The position numbers and the translations under genes are program-made. The notes under the pieces were generated by a model. That model was not told where the DNA came from, made no database searches, and saw only the letters and a program-made list of their open reading frames with translations. Source: Azolla caroliniana (lineage: Eukaryota; Plantae; Polypodiophyta). From it: DNA of 64,000 bases. Shown here piece by piece: positions 35,101-46,483 of this stretch; the first letter of the stretch is position 1, and every line of letters starts with the position of its first letter. The stretch covers positions 15,438,001 through 15,502,000 of the forward strand of contig JBHGNT010000017.1 of the NCBI GenBank assembly GCA_043228905.1, in the 5' to 3' direction.

Positions 35101-37570
35101 ACTACCTTTCGAACACACTATGGACATTTGGAGTACAAGGTGATGCCTTTTGGTCTCACTAACGCCCCGACGGTCTTTCAGCACATGATGAACAATATAT
35201 TTCGGGAGTATCTCGATCACTTTGTGGTGATTTACCTTGACAACATTTTAGTATTTTCTTCCAACATAGAGGAGCACACCCGACACGTTCGACTAGTTCT
35301 ATCCAAACTTCAGGAACATGGACTTTACGCCAAAAGTGAGAAATGTGAATTCGATCGGACCACTAGCGAATTCCTAGGCTACGTGATTTCACCCTCCGGG
35401 ATCATAATGGATGCATGCAAGGTAGCGGCAATAACCGATTGCCCTATCCCTACTCAGTTGAAAGAGGTACAATCATTTCTCGATTTTGCAAATTTCTATC
35501 AACGATTTACCAATGGTTTTTCCTCTTTAGTGCAACCTCTAATCATCCTTACTAGAAAAGATACTCCATTTCTTTGGAGCTCTGCGGCGCAAAGTGCTTT
35601 TGATGCCCTCAAGGCAGCTTTTCTCATAGCCCTAGTGTTGGTCCACCCCGACCCCACAAGGCCCTTCCAAGTTGAAATCGATGCCTCCGACTTTGCCATT
35701 GGAGTTGTCTTGTCCCAACCAGACGACGAGGGCATACTACATTCTATTACCTTCTATTCTTGGAAGTTTACCGCCTCGGAAATCAATTATCCGGTCTACG
35801 ACAAGGAGCTTGCAACAATCATATCTGCCTTCACTGAGTGGTGACCCTATTTGGCGGGGGCCCAACATCGCATCCAGGTGTTGACCGACCACAAAAATCT
35901 AATTTACTTCACCACCAGTCGTACATTGAATCGGAGGCAAGCCCGATGGTCATCTTTTCTCATCGACTACGACTTTGAAATCTTGTTTTGACCTGGAGTT
36001 CAACATGGGAAAGTTGATACCCTCTCTCGGTGTCCTGATTTTGCATTGCGCCCAGGAGATGACGCATATTCACAACAATCCCATTGTTTGTTGCGGCCTG
36101 ATCAACTTCAGATGTTCGCCACCTGCATGTTGCATGATGATTCTTTGCTCAACGAGATTTCCACTACAACCACGTCAGACCCATTCGCCAAAGAAATCAT
36201 GGCCCGCATCAATGACCCATCTTTGGGCATGAAAAGCTCATATCTCAACCAATTTACAACCCAGGATGGGTTGCTATATCGTAATCATCTCTTGTACGTT
36301 CCCAAAGGATCATGTCGGACACAAGTACTACAAAACTGTCATGATGATCCTCTTGCCAGCCACTTTGGGGTCACGAAAACCCTAGAATTGCTATCTTGAG
36401 TGTTTTGGTGGCCCCAACCTTGGAAATTTGTCAAGGAATTTATCAAGAAATGTGATGTATGTGCTCAGTCCAAAATGTCTCACCATCAGCCATATGGTCT
36501 TTTCCACCCTCTCCCCATTCCAAGTCAACCATGGGTCTCTCTATCCATGGACTTTATCACTAACCTCCCTCTGGTTGGTGGCCATGACACGGTGCTAGTC
36601 ATTGTCGATCGGTTTTCGAAGATGGCTCACTTTGTCCCATGTTCCAAAACCATTTTCGGGGAAGAGACATCTGACCTTTTTCTTAAAAATGTTGTTCGAT
36701 TACATGGCTTACCCGAGGATATCACCTCTGATCAAGATTCTGAGTTCATTTCCCACTTTTGGCGACGACTTCTACAAACATTCGGGACTTTTGTAAACTT
36801 GTCCTCAACATATCATCCTCAAACTGATGGACAAATGGAACGAGTCAACCAAATGCTCGACCAATACCTTCGGTGTAGCATGAGCTAACAACAAGAGGAT
36901 TGGGTGGGCTTCCTTGCAATGGCAGAATTTGCCTACAATAATAGTATCCATGCTTTGACTAAGATTTCCCCCTTCTTTGCAAACTATGGATTTCACCCTC
37001 GTTTCAGCATTTCCATACTTGCAACTTCGGTCAATCCATCGGCAGAGACGCGTGCCCGCGCTTTACACGATGTCCATCGTGATCTCTCCTTGGAGCTCTG
37101 TGTCGCTATCGACCAATATAAAGATCAAGCGGACCAACATCGCTTGGCTGCATCGACGTTTGTAGTTGGGGACATGGTTTGGTTGTTACGTCGCCACATT
37201 GCCACCACACGTCCTTGTGCAAAATAGGACTACAAAAGATTAGGCCCTTTTCATATCACCGAGTGGATCAACCCAGGCGCCTTCTGGTTAGCACTTCCTC
37301 CAACATTCAGGATTCACAATGTTTTTCACGTTTCTCTCATCGAACTCTACCATCCTTCTCGAATTCCGAGACGACAACCTCCTCCACCGCCACCTATGGA
37401 ATTGTCGACGGGCGAAGAATATGAGGTTGACAAAAATCCTCGACCCTCGATATCGTCGTCGACAACTCCAATATTTGGTCTTATGGAAAGGTTACCCCAT
37501 TTCGGACGCCACATGGGAACCAATTACACATTTACAAAATGCTCCGGAGGCCATTCGCTATTTTCATTAA
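32140..37570 (+). pseudogene. Chromovirus gag-pol with multiple stops and frameshifts
   Basis: Series of ORF fragments from 32068 to 37570 in gag-PR-RT-RH-IN-CHD order, interrupted at 33632-34501. Confidence 0.92.
33632..34501 (+). mobile_element. 870-bp solo LTR nested in chromovirus pol, 4-bp TSD ACGC
   Basis: Ends TGTCG...CGACA. ACGC occurs at 33628-33631 and 34502-34505. The subterminal motif CCTAGTCCAAAACCCCGGTGGTTCCC resembles 25408-25432. Confidence 0.82.
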
Positions 37571-38755
37571 TGATACCCACATAAGCCAGCAACGAGTTCT
37601 GGGAGGCGGCCTTAGAGGGAGGATAATGTCATCGACACGATGGAATGTAGGAGGTTGAACCCATGACATCTTGGTCTTATTGGGCAACCTTAACAATTGA
37701 GCTACATCCATCTATGCATTATTGTATTGTATAAGTTTCAACTTATTACATTTTATGTTGATCACTAGAACTTTCAAGAAACTTTTAGAGAATGCATCTT
37801 CATGCACTCTCTAGAAGTTTCCATGCACTCTCTAGATGTTTCCTAACTTGCATGCATACCACCACATTCTTGTATAAATACTTTGGTGCACCTTGATTAC
37901 AATAAAGGTGAACAACACTAGTTATAGAAGCATAATTTAGTTCTTGCTCTTTTGTCTACCTTCTCTCTCTCTTGTTCTCTTGTCTATGCTCTCTCTCTCT
38001 CTATATATATCTATCTTTCGCTCTCTATTAATATTTAGCTCGCCTACTTATCCCTGTCCTGGTCTACCCGTTCGTGACATCTGAAGAGGAAAACCAAACA
38101 CAAGTGGATACCAAGCCATAAAGCTACTCGTTGTACAAAAGCAATTAAGAAGATAAGGGAATGTGAGTTATGCTGCCTAGAAGCTATGGGCGGGATACCT
38201 TTTACATCTGGACCATGGGCCACACCCACATCGAAACACTTTGACCTCTTGCTCCTTTGCAAGAAACTTGGATAGAAATGAAACTAGTCCTAACACATAG
38301 TCATTTCCTTTATAGAATATGTTACACCATAACATCTTTTTGTACCACATTAAAATTCTTTTATCTATGTTTTTTTTTCCGATGATTGGGCACACATCTC
38401 ATTATTGTAACCAATTATCTCATGGGCATATTTGGTCTTAGAAGACTCTCTCTCACTCTAGTATTAGTTTACCCTAGTGGTAAATCGTTACACTACAAGC
38501 ACTACATCTTGGGTTCGAAACTTAGTTGGGCTCTCTCTCTCTCTCTCTCTCCCTTGTAAATAATGGCTTTCATTACGAAAGAAAAAACTCCACCATGAAT
38601 AACTTACTACAAAGTATAGAACCCTTCTATCTAGGGCTCTAAAGACTACTACGACTCCAAACTCAATGCCACCCTACACACCAATTCAAATGGCGAATAT
38701 GATGATATGTGACCTCGCTATGTTCTCCATGATGATGGTACTTATTTTGTTCAAG

Positions 38756-39222
38756 TAGGAATCGACAATGGCTCGGCTCAAGCCTAAACTGAACCGTTAA
38801 CTATTTCTAAACGGTTGGGCAACTTGGTTCGGTTCTTAACTTCCTAACCGGTTTGAGCTCGGTTTGGGATGGCTCAAGCTGAACAGAATTGATTAGGGCC
38901 AAACCAGTTAGCCTAATCCGGTTTAGGAACTGGTTTGGAAACTCCCAACTTGTTTAGGCTTAACCGGTTTGGTTTGGACAAGGACAAACCGGATAAGCCG
39001 AAACGGAACCGATTGCCGACTCTTAGCTTGGAAACCTAGTTTGGGCCAAATCAATTTCCAAGCCGATTAAGCCTTAATCAGCTTGGCTTAATCTGTTCCT
39101 AAACCAGTTTAGGCTTAACGAGTCTGACCAAACTGGTTATCCTAATCTGGTTTAGGCTTAACCGGTTTGGTGTGGACAAGGCCAAACCAGATAAGCCGAA
39201 ACCGAACCATTACCGACTCCTA
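38756..39222. mobile_element. AACCG-rich MITE (TAGG...CCTA, hAT-like) with a duplicated right end
   Basis: TAGGAATCGACAATGGCTCGG versus the reverse complement of the end, TAGGAGTCGGTAATGGTTCGG. An internal copy of the end lies near 39000-39026. No clear TSD. Confidence 0.6.
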
Positions 39223-39359
39223 GAACTTTGTTGTAAATAGAGAGAGAAGAGGCTATATTTGTAATATTGGAAAACCAGAAACCTCCCCTGCTTCCCCTGC
39301 TTCTGTCTGTCTGTAGCAGAAAAGAAGAAGAAGAAGAAGAAGAAGAAGAAGAAGAGGAT

Positions 39360-40028
39360 ATGGTGGATCTCGCTCTCCATGGCCACATCTTTCGTCTCTC
39401 CCTTCCTCTGCCCCTCTGTCAAGCAGGTAAGCATCAAACCCTATTCCCTTCCTCCCTTCCCTCTCGCTCTCTTTCCTTAACACGGCGAGCCCCCTCCCCT
39501 CTCATCCCCCCAACGTTCGCCAATCGAAGCCCCGATCTCGACAGCGATTCTTCCGGTGCTGCTCAGGAATCCTCGGACGAGATTCCCTCACCAAAGACTC
39601 CCGATGAAGAAGAAGAAGAAGTAGTAGTAGAAGCAGGAGCATCTAGACAGGAATATTCGGCTGAGGCAAGAGGGGAATCTTCTCCTAGGAAAAGATTCCA
39701 GTTTTTTAGGCTTCCCCGGGGATGGTTTGGGCGCAGCGGGAGAGAAGAAGAGGAAGAAACGACGTCTAAGAAGAAACGACAGGGAAATGAAGAAGATTTT
39801 GAAGGGCTTCTTGCATTCAACGATGGATATTTCCAGATCGAGTGGCGGGAGATTGTGGATCCGACACCTGAGAACGTTTTAGCTCTTCTGCTCACTGGTT
39901 TGTTAGGGTTAGCTATTTTACAAATATTCTGGCAGCTCTTTTTAGTTGCCATAACCATAACCTTAGCAGGTCTGAAATATTCAGTCATTGCTGTGATTCT
40001 TCTTGCTCTCTTGATCGTTTTCTTGTGA
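39360..40028 (+). CDS. Single-exon, probably plastid-targeted protein with C-terminal transmembrane helices (222 aa)
   Basis: First ATG at 39360 in ORF 39267-40028. Ser/Pro/Arg-rich transit-peptide-like N-terminus, acidic linker, and hydrophobic C-terminus WREIVDPTPENVLALLLTGLL...LKYSVIAVILLALLIVFL. Confidence 0.8.
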   Translation: MVDLALHGHIFRLSLPLPLCQAGKHQTLFPSSLPSRSLSLTRRAPSPLIPPTFANRSPDLDSDSSGAAQESSDEIPSPKTPDEEEEEVVVEAGASRQEYSAEARGESSPRKRFQFFRLPRGWFGRSGREEEEETTSKKKRQGNEEDFEGLLAFNDGYFQIEWREIVDPTPENVLALLLTGLLGLAILQIFWQLFLVAITITLAGLKYSVIAVILLALLIVFL

Positions 40029-40640
40029 CCATTTTCTCAAGAATCTTTCATGGTGTATATAAACATTTTTGCGTTGGAGATATTGAGAATTCTGATCTGC
40101 TATCCGTGATGTATATACAATTTTTCTGGGAAATGCAAATATTGAGCATTTCGAGAGAAGCATTCATGATGTGCATACAATTTGGCTTTCGGAAATGTCA
40201 AGTATTTGGAGAAGTTTTCGGGGTGAACATAACATTTTCTTTTCGGAACATTTTGATTTGTTAAGACCCTTTTGACAGTAGCTTTCATGGTGTATATGAT
40301 GTTTTGAGACCATTTCTCAAGTAGCTATCTGGATGTAGTGGCCATTTCAAGTAGATTTCATGATGTATATAGCATTACCCTTTGGAATGTTGATACATTG
40401 ATGCCCATTTCTTAAGTAGCTTTCATGATACAGTGGCCGATTTGAGCAGATGTCATTAATGTATGTACCATTTACATTTGGAATATTTTAATCATCTGAG
40501 ACACGTTCTCTAGTAGCTCTCTTTGCTTTTGGAGTATTGATTTGTTGAGACCAATTTTCAAGCTGCTATCATGATGCAATAGAATTAGGGCTTGAAATCT
40601 TTGATGTTTTGAGACTGTTTCTCAAGTAGCTTGCGTGAAG
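40027..40640 (+). repeat. Degenerate ~60-bp repeat array immediately after the stop codon
   Basis: Recurring GAGACCATTTTCTCAAGTAGCT.TCATGATG-like unit. Confidence 0.6.
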
Positions 40641-42509
40641 TTTTTGGAAGAAATTCTTATCTTTTCATGCGAGAGACTAAGAAGAATGGTGAGAAAAGTA
40701 TGGATTTTGGAAGAGAATTGATTTATTTCTATCTGGAATTTTACCCCTTCATAAATATGTTTCAACTGGAAAATTTTCAAAAGACAAAATTTAAACCAGA
40801 AAGTATTGTTTTTAGTGAATGAGTGATCTTCTCTTTTCTAGTCAAAATTTAAACCAGTGGATGTCACATATATCTTTTCTTCAGTCAGCAGCAAAGCTAT
40901 CAAATCAGTAGTGGATAGCAAACATATATTTTCTTCAGTAACCAACAAGCCATCAAATTAAGTAGATTGTATACGATCTTATTCTCTATATCGTCTTGTC
41001 TTGGGATCAACTGTACTGTACAACTTCATATAAGTAAATATCATACAATAATCCTCCCTGAATGACAAAAGAATTTGATAATATCCAACGATTATATGGT
41101 CCCTGTGCAGAAAAATTAAAATTTCATTACAGATTCTTTTTTGACCATACCATTTCTGGCCTTCGCTGTCACATTTCATCATTTAGAGCAACCATCAATT
41201 CAATATTGTAATGCATACATATACCCTGCAATCGCTGTAATGGGGATTGTTTTGGATTCTCAATTTTGTTGTCTCATGATCCATTGTAGAGCTTCCAGGA
41301 AGACAGTAAATGTTGGCAATCATTAAAAGGCATCATATCTTTAATCATTTGGTGTTGATGGATGAAAAACATGTGTTCCTTTCGCCATATGAGGGCTGTG
41401 ATGGGGATGGCTTCAGCCACTGATGCCTCATCTCAGCTTCAACTCACATACTAACTGAGGTTAGTTGGTTCTTCAGCATATAGCAACCATCAATCGGTGT
41501 GAGCATTATATAAACTTTCATTCATTATACAGTGGTCATTAATGGATGGTTTGACCAGTAAGCATGGTAATGTGGGTCTCAGCATATGTTTCCATTTATA
41601 AACCATGTGTATTATCTTAATTTGAGGAGTTGGACAGTGATGATTTTTAAATAATTTTTCTAATGGCTAGAGTATATGCATTTCTTGGCCCACATTTCAG
41701 ACTATGATGGAGTTAAACTACCATTTATCTTTTCTTCCTATTCCATTCTTGCTACCTATCACTACTCACATCCATGATTTTGCTATGATAACTATTTTTA
41801 AACAGCACTTCCAATATGCATCCAATCTTTAGTTCTATTATTTGATGCAGCTAAGTAATTTTCGCCAGCTGCATAAGCCATATTAATCAACGTTATTTAA
41901 GTCTTGCCAATCTCAATGCATTACCTTTTGAGCATTCATGACAAATAATAATACATATACAAATTTTTAGGATGTTAGAGAATAGTATGATTATGTTTAA
42001 ACTTTTTTGAAGCATCCCTGTCTTAAGACAGGCATACTCAGATGTACATTACAGAGCTGAGGGATATATCACAAAGCATATGTGCATATGAAGGGTTTGT
42101 TCTGTTCAACAGTTGGCTGTGCAATCAACCATAAAGTTATACCATTCAACCCATGTTCTTTCGCCAGTCTAAATAGTTCATCATCTGCATTCTGTCTTAA
42201 GCAAACACTACCTTTTTCTACTGTAGAACCATAAAAAACATATCTAACATTGATTTGCTGCTCAAATTTGGTATAATGACTCTCTTAGGAATTAAATGAA
42301 TATTGAAAATTTGTGGGTCTGCATAAAGATGAGAAACCTTCTTCAATCCTTTGCAAGTAAAGTAAACATTCACGACAAATCTAGGCTAAGTCAAAGACGG
42401 TCTCGTACATTCCCTTTTCTACATCTTTTACTGGCAATGATTGGACTCCGGTGCTTAGTGATTCATAATGTGCCTCATTAGATCACACAGATTAATAATT
42501 AAGGATGCT

Positions 42510-44989
42510 TCAAACTATTTGTGCCTTTGTCAAAGGGCCATGCGCTAATGCCTCTTCATCTTCCTCAAACCCTTGCATTTGCACTTGTTGAAGTTTGTAA
42601 AACTTTGTCGCTGCCGCCCGCTTTCTCATCGACTTTACACCAATAAGAATGCCGATCGCCACCACCACCACTATGGCAACTGGAAGATACCACTGTAATG
42701 TAAAGAAAACAAGAGATTTGCTTTAATGCCAGTGAAGTAACTCTCAAGTGCTAATGTACTCACCCATTTGAAAAGATCTTGGGTGTATCAGCATAGCAGA
42801 TTGAATAGGGAGAGCACCACTTATATACAGCTTGGATGGGTACCACCACTTAAGGTGAGGTGTTCAATGATAGAATTTAGAACAGGAAAGGGGTGAATTT
42901 TATTTGTGAGTGTTTCTTTAGGAGACCTTGAATGCATGAGATATAGAGATTTAACATCAAGCAAAGGTAACCCAAGCGTATAACAGAAATTAAGTTGCAA
43001 TCACCTCATCATGATCCTTGTGCTTATTAGTATTGAAGGATCCTGTCGGCTGCTTACCGCTGACAGAATCTGGATTAACACACAGACAAAAAAAAAAGTG
43101 TCATATAATGGAACTAGAGACTAGATGATATTACTAAACAAGAGGGAATAAATCCACAAGCAAATCTTACTTACTCTTTACTGTTGGCATTGAACAATCT
43201 TGGCTACCCTTCCAGTCAGCTGGACAATCACACGGGTCCTCAGCTTGTATGCATTCAGCATTGTGGAAGCAGTACGAATCGCCGCATGGTATTCCCTCTA
43301 ATTCACAATTTTCCCCCGCATACCCTTCTTCGCACAAACAAGTGTAAGTTTCCCCTTGGACAATCTCATTGCAAGTCCCATTTTGGCACCAGAAGCTGTT
43401 AGTACCATCGCACATGGTCCGAGGTATGTCGCAAAATTTACCCCTGAAAGAAGGTAATCAAGGGATCTCTCTCTCTCACACACTCTCTCCTGTCTCTCTC
43501 TCTCTCTCTTCTGTCTCTGTTGGCTTGGATGCTGATACCATGCCATCAAAGTCATAAAATTGACAGAATCCAAGTTCAATCTCTGGCTATGGGCTTGGCC
43601 CAGTCCCCCCAATTGATCATCATGGAAGATCCAAACAGTGAAATTCGGAAAGAAGGTTTGTTTTTTTCATTTCAGCTTTTACTTTTATATTTTGTTCTTC
43701 CATTTTAAAATCCCCCATGTACACAGTTGCCCCATTGCAGACATTAATATAACACCATCATTATCCTTCAAAGATTTACCCCACTGGAAAACCATATTTC
43801 TATTAACCGATAGACCTAGGTTGAAAATCATGCCAATTTACTCAATGGCTGTGAAGTGTAGGAGTTGAATTGCATGAAATTATCGTCTTTGTCGAACAAC
43901 CTCAGCAAAGTGAGTTATATCTGTTGGTTTGTCTCTGCCTCTGCCTCAGATAACCTCTGAGAACGAGAACGAATTCTATCTATCTCTCTTCCTTTCTTCA
44001 CACACATGCACATCCAGTAGCATTGTTCAGCATTAGGATCCGCATATCCAACCAGCAGTGTTGCTAGAAATCAGGATCCAAATCTATTACAAAATTACTC
44101 ATTCAACCTATTAAACATGATCAATTAATCAGAACATGTGGATTTATTCTCCATTCAAATCATATAGCTTCAGATCATGGATGCATCATATGATACATCC
44201 ATATAATATGTAAATTGAAATAATGGAGTCTACATGTATAGATCGTGTGCACAAAAAAGATCTTAAGACATTAGAGCACATACATAATGTGTTGTATGTA
44301 TGTACAGTGATGTGAAAGTATCTATGATGCAAGTATTGAAAAGTCTCTGTGTGTGTGTAAAGGTACTATCACGATTCAGATCATATCTGATCTGGAATAC
44401 CCATATAGTCGTGATGGGTATTTTCTGTGGGGTGAGTCGTATAATCTTCTGCTGTAAAGGTCCAAGGCAGTGAGGATAAATGTGTTCATATTATTCATAA
44501 TATACTATCTTGAACACATATAAGAACATACTGAATACACACATATTCAACAGAGTATATGCAAATTGCACATAATATGCATGCATGCATGCATTACTGC
44601 ACATATATAATACATAATGCACATTTACACACAATTTACAGCAGAAGGGAAACCCTGCCATTTCAGATCCAATGCAGTAAATTCAGGAAGTAAAACAGAA
44701 GAAGGAGAACAGAGAGAATGGAGATTTATAGCAGAATAAAGGTTTAAAGTGTGACTGTGAGTATGTGTGTGTGTGTGTGTGTGTGGAATTACCCCAAAAA
44801 TGATCGATCCCCAAGAAGCATTGTAGAATTGCTAGGAAGGTCACATATGCAGACACCATCGCTGCCGCAATTCTCTGTCCTGCATCTTGAATCGCAGTGC
44901 TGGGAAGCAAGGGAGGGAGGGGACATGGAGACAAGAAGGAGAAGAAGAGGGATGGTGATGAGAGAGGAGGAGGAAGAAGAAGAAGCCAT
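42510..44989 (-). CDS. Type-I membrane protein with signal peptide and three EGF-like repeats (237 aa)
   Basis: Exons 44989-44793, 43443-43175, 43069-43005 and 42692-42510 with GT-AG introns total 714 nt in frame. Cys pattern includes CQNGTC...CLCEEGYAGENC and CFHNAEC...CDCPADWKGSQDC. TM segment WYLPVAIVVVVAIGILIGV. Exon 3 is the least certain. Confidence 0.85.
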
Positions 44990-45080
44990 AGCTGAATGTG
45001 AGAGAGAGGTCGGATGAAGCACTGTAGAGACGTGGGATATGGATGGATATCATCACACGGGGAACTTGCAGCTTCTTCTG

Positions 45081-45114
<34 letters not shown>

Positions 45115-45499
45115 TGTGGCTCGATTGAATTGAATCGAGATTCGAACCCACGACCTCCTCTTCCCAAAAAGCCCACAAAGAAAAAGAATAACAAATTGAT
45201 CTCACACTATTTCCTATATATATATATATATAGATATACCATAGAGCTAGCTTTGCTTCACTTATCTTTTCTTTCCTACTTTTCGTCATGGAACCTCTCG
45301 AGAGAAGCCCAAGTGAAGGCCCCGATGATCCCTCCATCTGGGTCCTCGGAAAACCCGACCGTGACCGCTGGGCCCGAGCCCACAGACCCAATCTTCTAGG
45401 CACCAATGCCCTGGCTACGGGTGGGTCGGGTCGGGTCGGGTCGGATCAATCACACCCATCCCCATGTAACAATGAAAAGATGGATCGAGATAAGGGTCC

Positions 45500-45720
45500 T
45501 AGTACTATGTCTTTGGTATTTTTGCCCTTATCTCTGCGTAAGTTGGACACTTGCATGTAAAGTGATACTCATCCTCTACCTCTATGTGACATAATCTATC
45601 TATCCTTTCCTCTCTAAGGACTCCATTAGTACGACCATTTCTCGATCTCATGTTCGTGAGATTATATTCTAAGTTGTCTAGTGGCAACCCTTAGTGCATT
45701 TGGTAAGACTGTATCTAGAT
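45500..45720 (-). pseudogene. 3' fragment of a LINE ORF2 (Cys/His motif)
   Basis: RLCHIEVEDEYHFTCKCPTYAEIRAK matches the C-terminal Cys/His motif of non-LTR ORF2 proteins. Confidence 0.6.
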
Positions 45721-46009
45721 ATTTTGGTCATGTAATAAAATCTAACTTAGAGAAATGTGTGAGGTGTTTAAGTCGAGAGCTGGATCGGCTGAGGAAGCCA
45801 AGAGCTGGATCAGATGGAGACCGATCGACTACGATCGGATTGGTTGAAGAAACCGAGAGCGGGATCGGATGAAGATCAATCGGCTAGGCCGAGTCAGATG
45901 GAATCCAACAAGCCGTTAGGGACCTATATTCCTATTTTAGTACATAAGACTATTATAGGTTATTAGTGTCAAGCTTAGTTAATGAGCATTCAAGTACTTG
46001 TCAATACTT

Positions 46010-46480
46010 TTGTTTTATATAAACGGTTATGTTTGGTTTCAAGGCAAAGAAACCGAACCGTTTATATAAAACAAAAACCAAACCAAACCGTTTAGGAAAA
46101 GTTGACACCAAACTGAACCATTAAATAAAAAATTTAAACCTAACCATTTATGTCAAACTAATTAAACATCTAAATAAACAAAAATACATTAAATTAAATA
46201 AGCATTTAAGTTAAATTTATTAAATCAATAAAATAATTTAATTGAACCATTCAATTAAATAAACATTTATAAATTAATTAAATCAATAAAAAATCATTAA
46301 TTAAACTATTAAGGTAAAAAAAAAAGTTTGCCAAAAACCTATAAACCCGAGGTTTAGAACCGAAACCGAACTTATTATCAAAAATCCAAACCATTAATTT
46401 TTTTTGGAATGGTCAATAAACCGTTAAACAATAGCTTAATAGTTTGGTTCGGTTTGAGTTGAAACCGTGCCCATTGCTAC
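46010..46480. mobile_element. AT-rich AACCG/CGGTT-repeat MITE-like remnant
   Basis: Same motif composition as 38756-39222 and 58696-59194. Ends not resolved. Confidence 0.45.
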
Positions 46481-46483
46481 TTC

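Larger units (their letters stand above)
31628..38079 (+). mobile_element. Ty3/gypsy chromovirus (Tf1/Tcn1-like), degenerate
   Basis: LTRs at 31628-32085 and 37627-38079, PPT AGAGGGAGGATAA before the 3' LTR. Gag CLYCGTPGHVIRHC, protease [27 protein letters not shown], RNase H IDASDFAIG, integrase SMDFIT...HPQTDGQMERVNQ, chromodomain EEYEV...YLVLWKGYPISDATWEP. No matching TSD. Confidence 0.95.
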
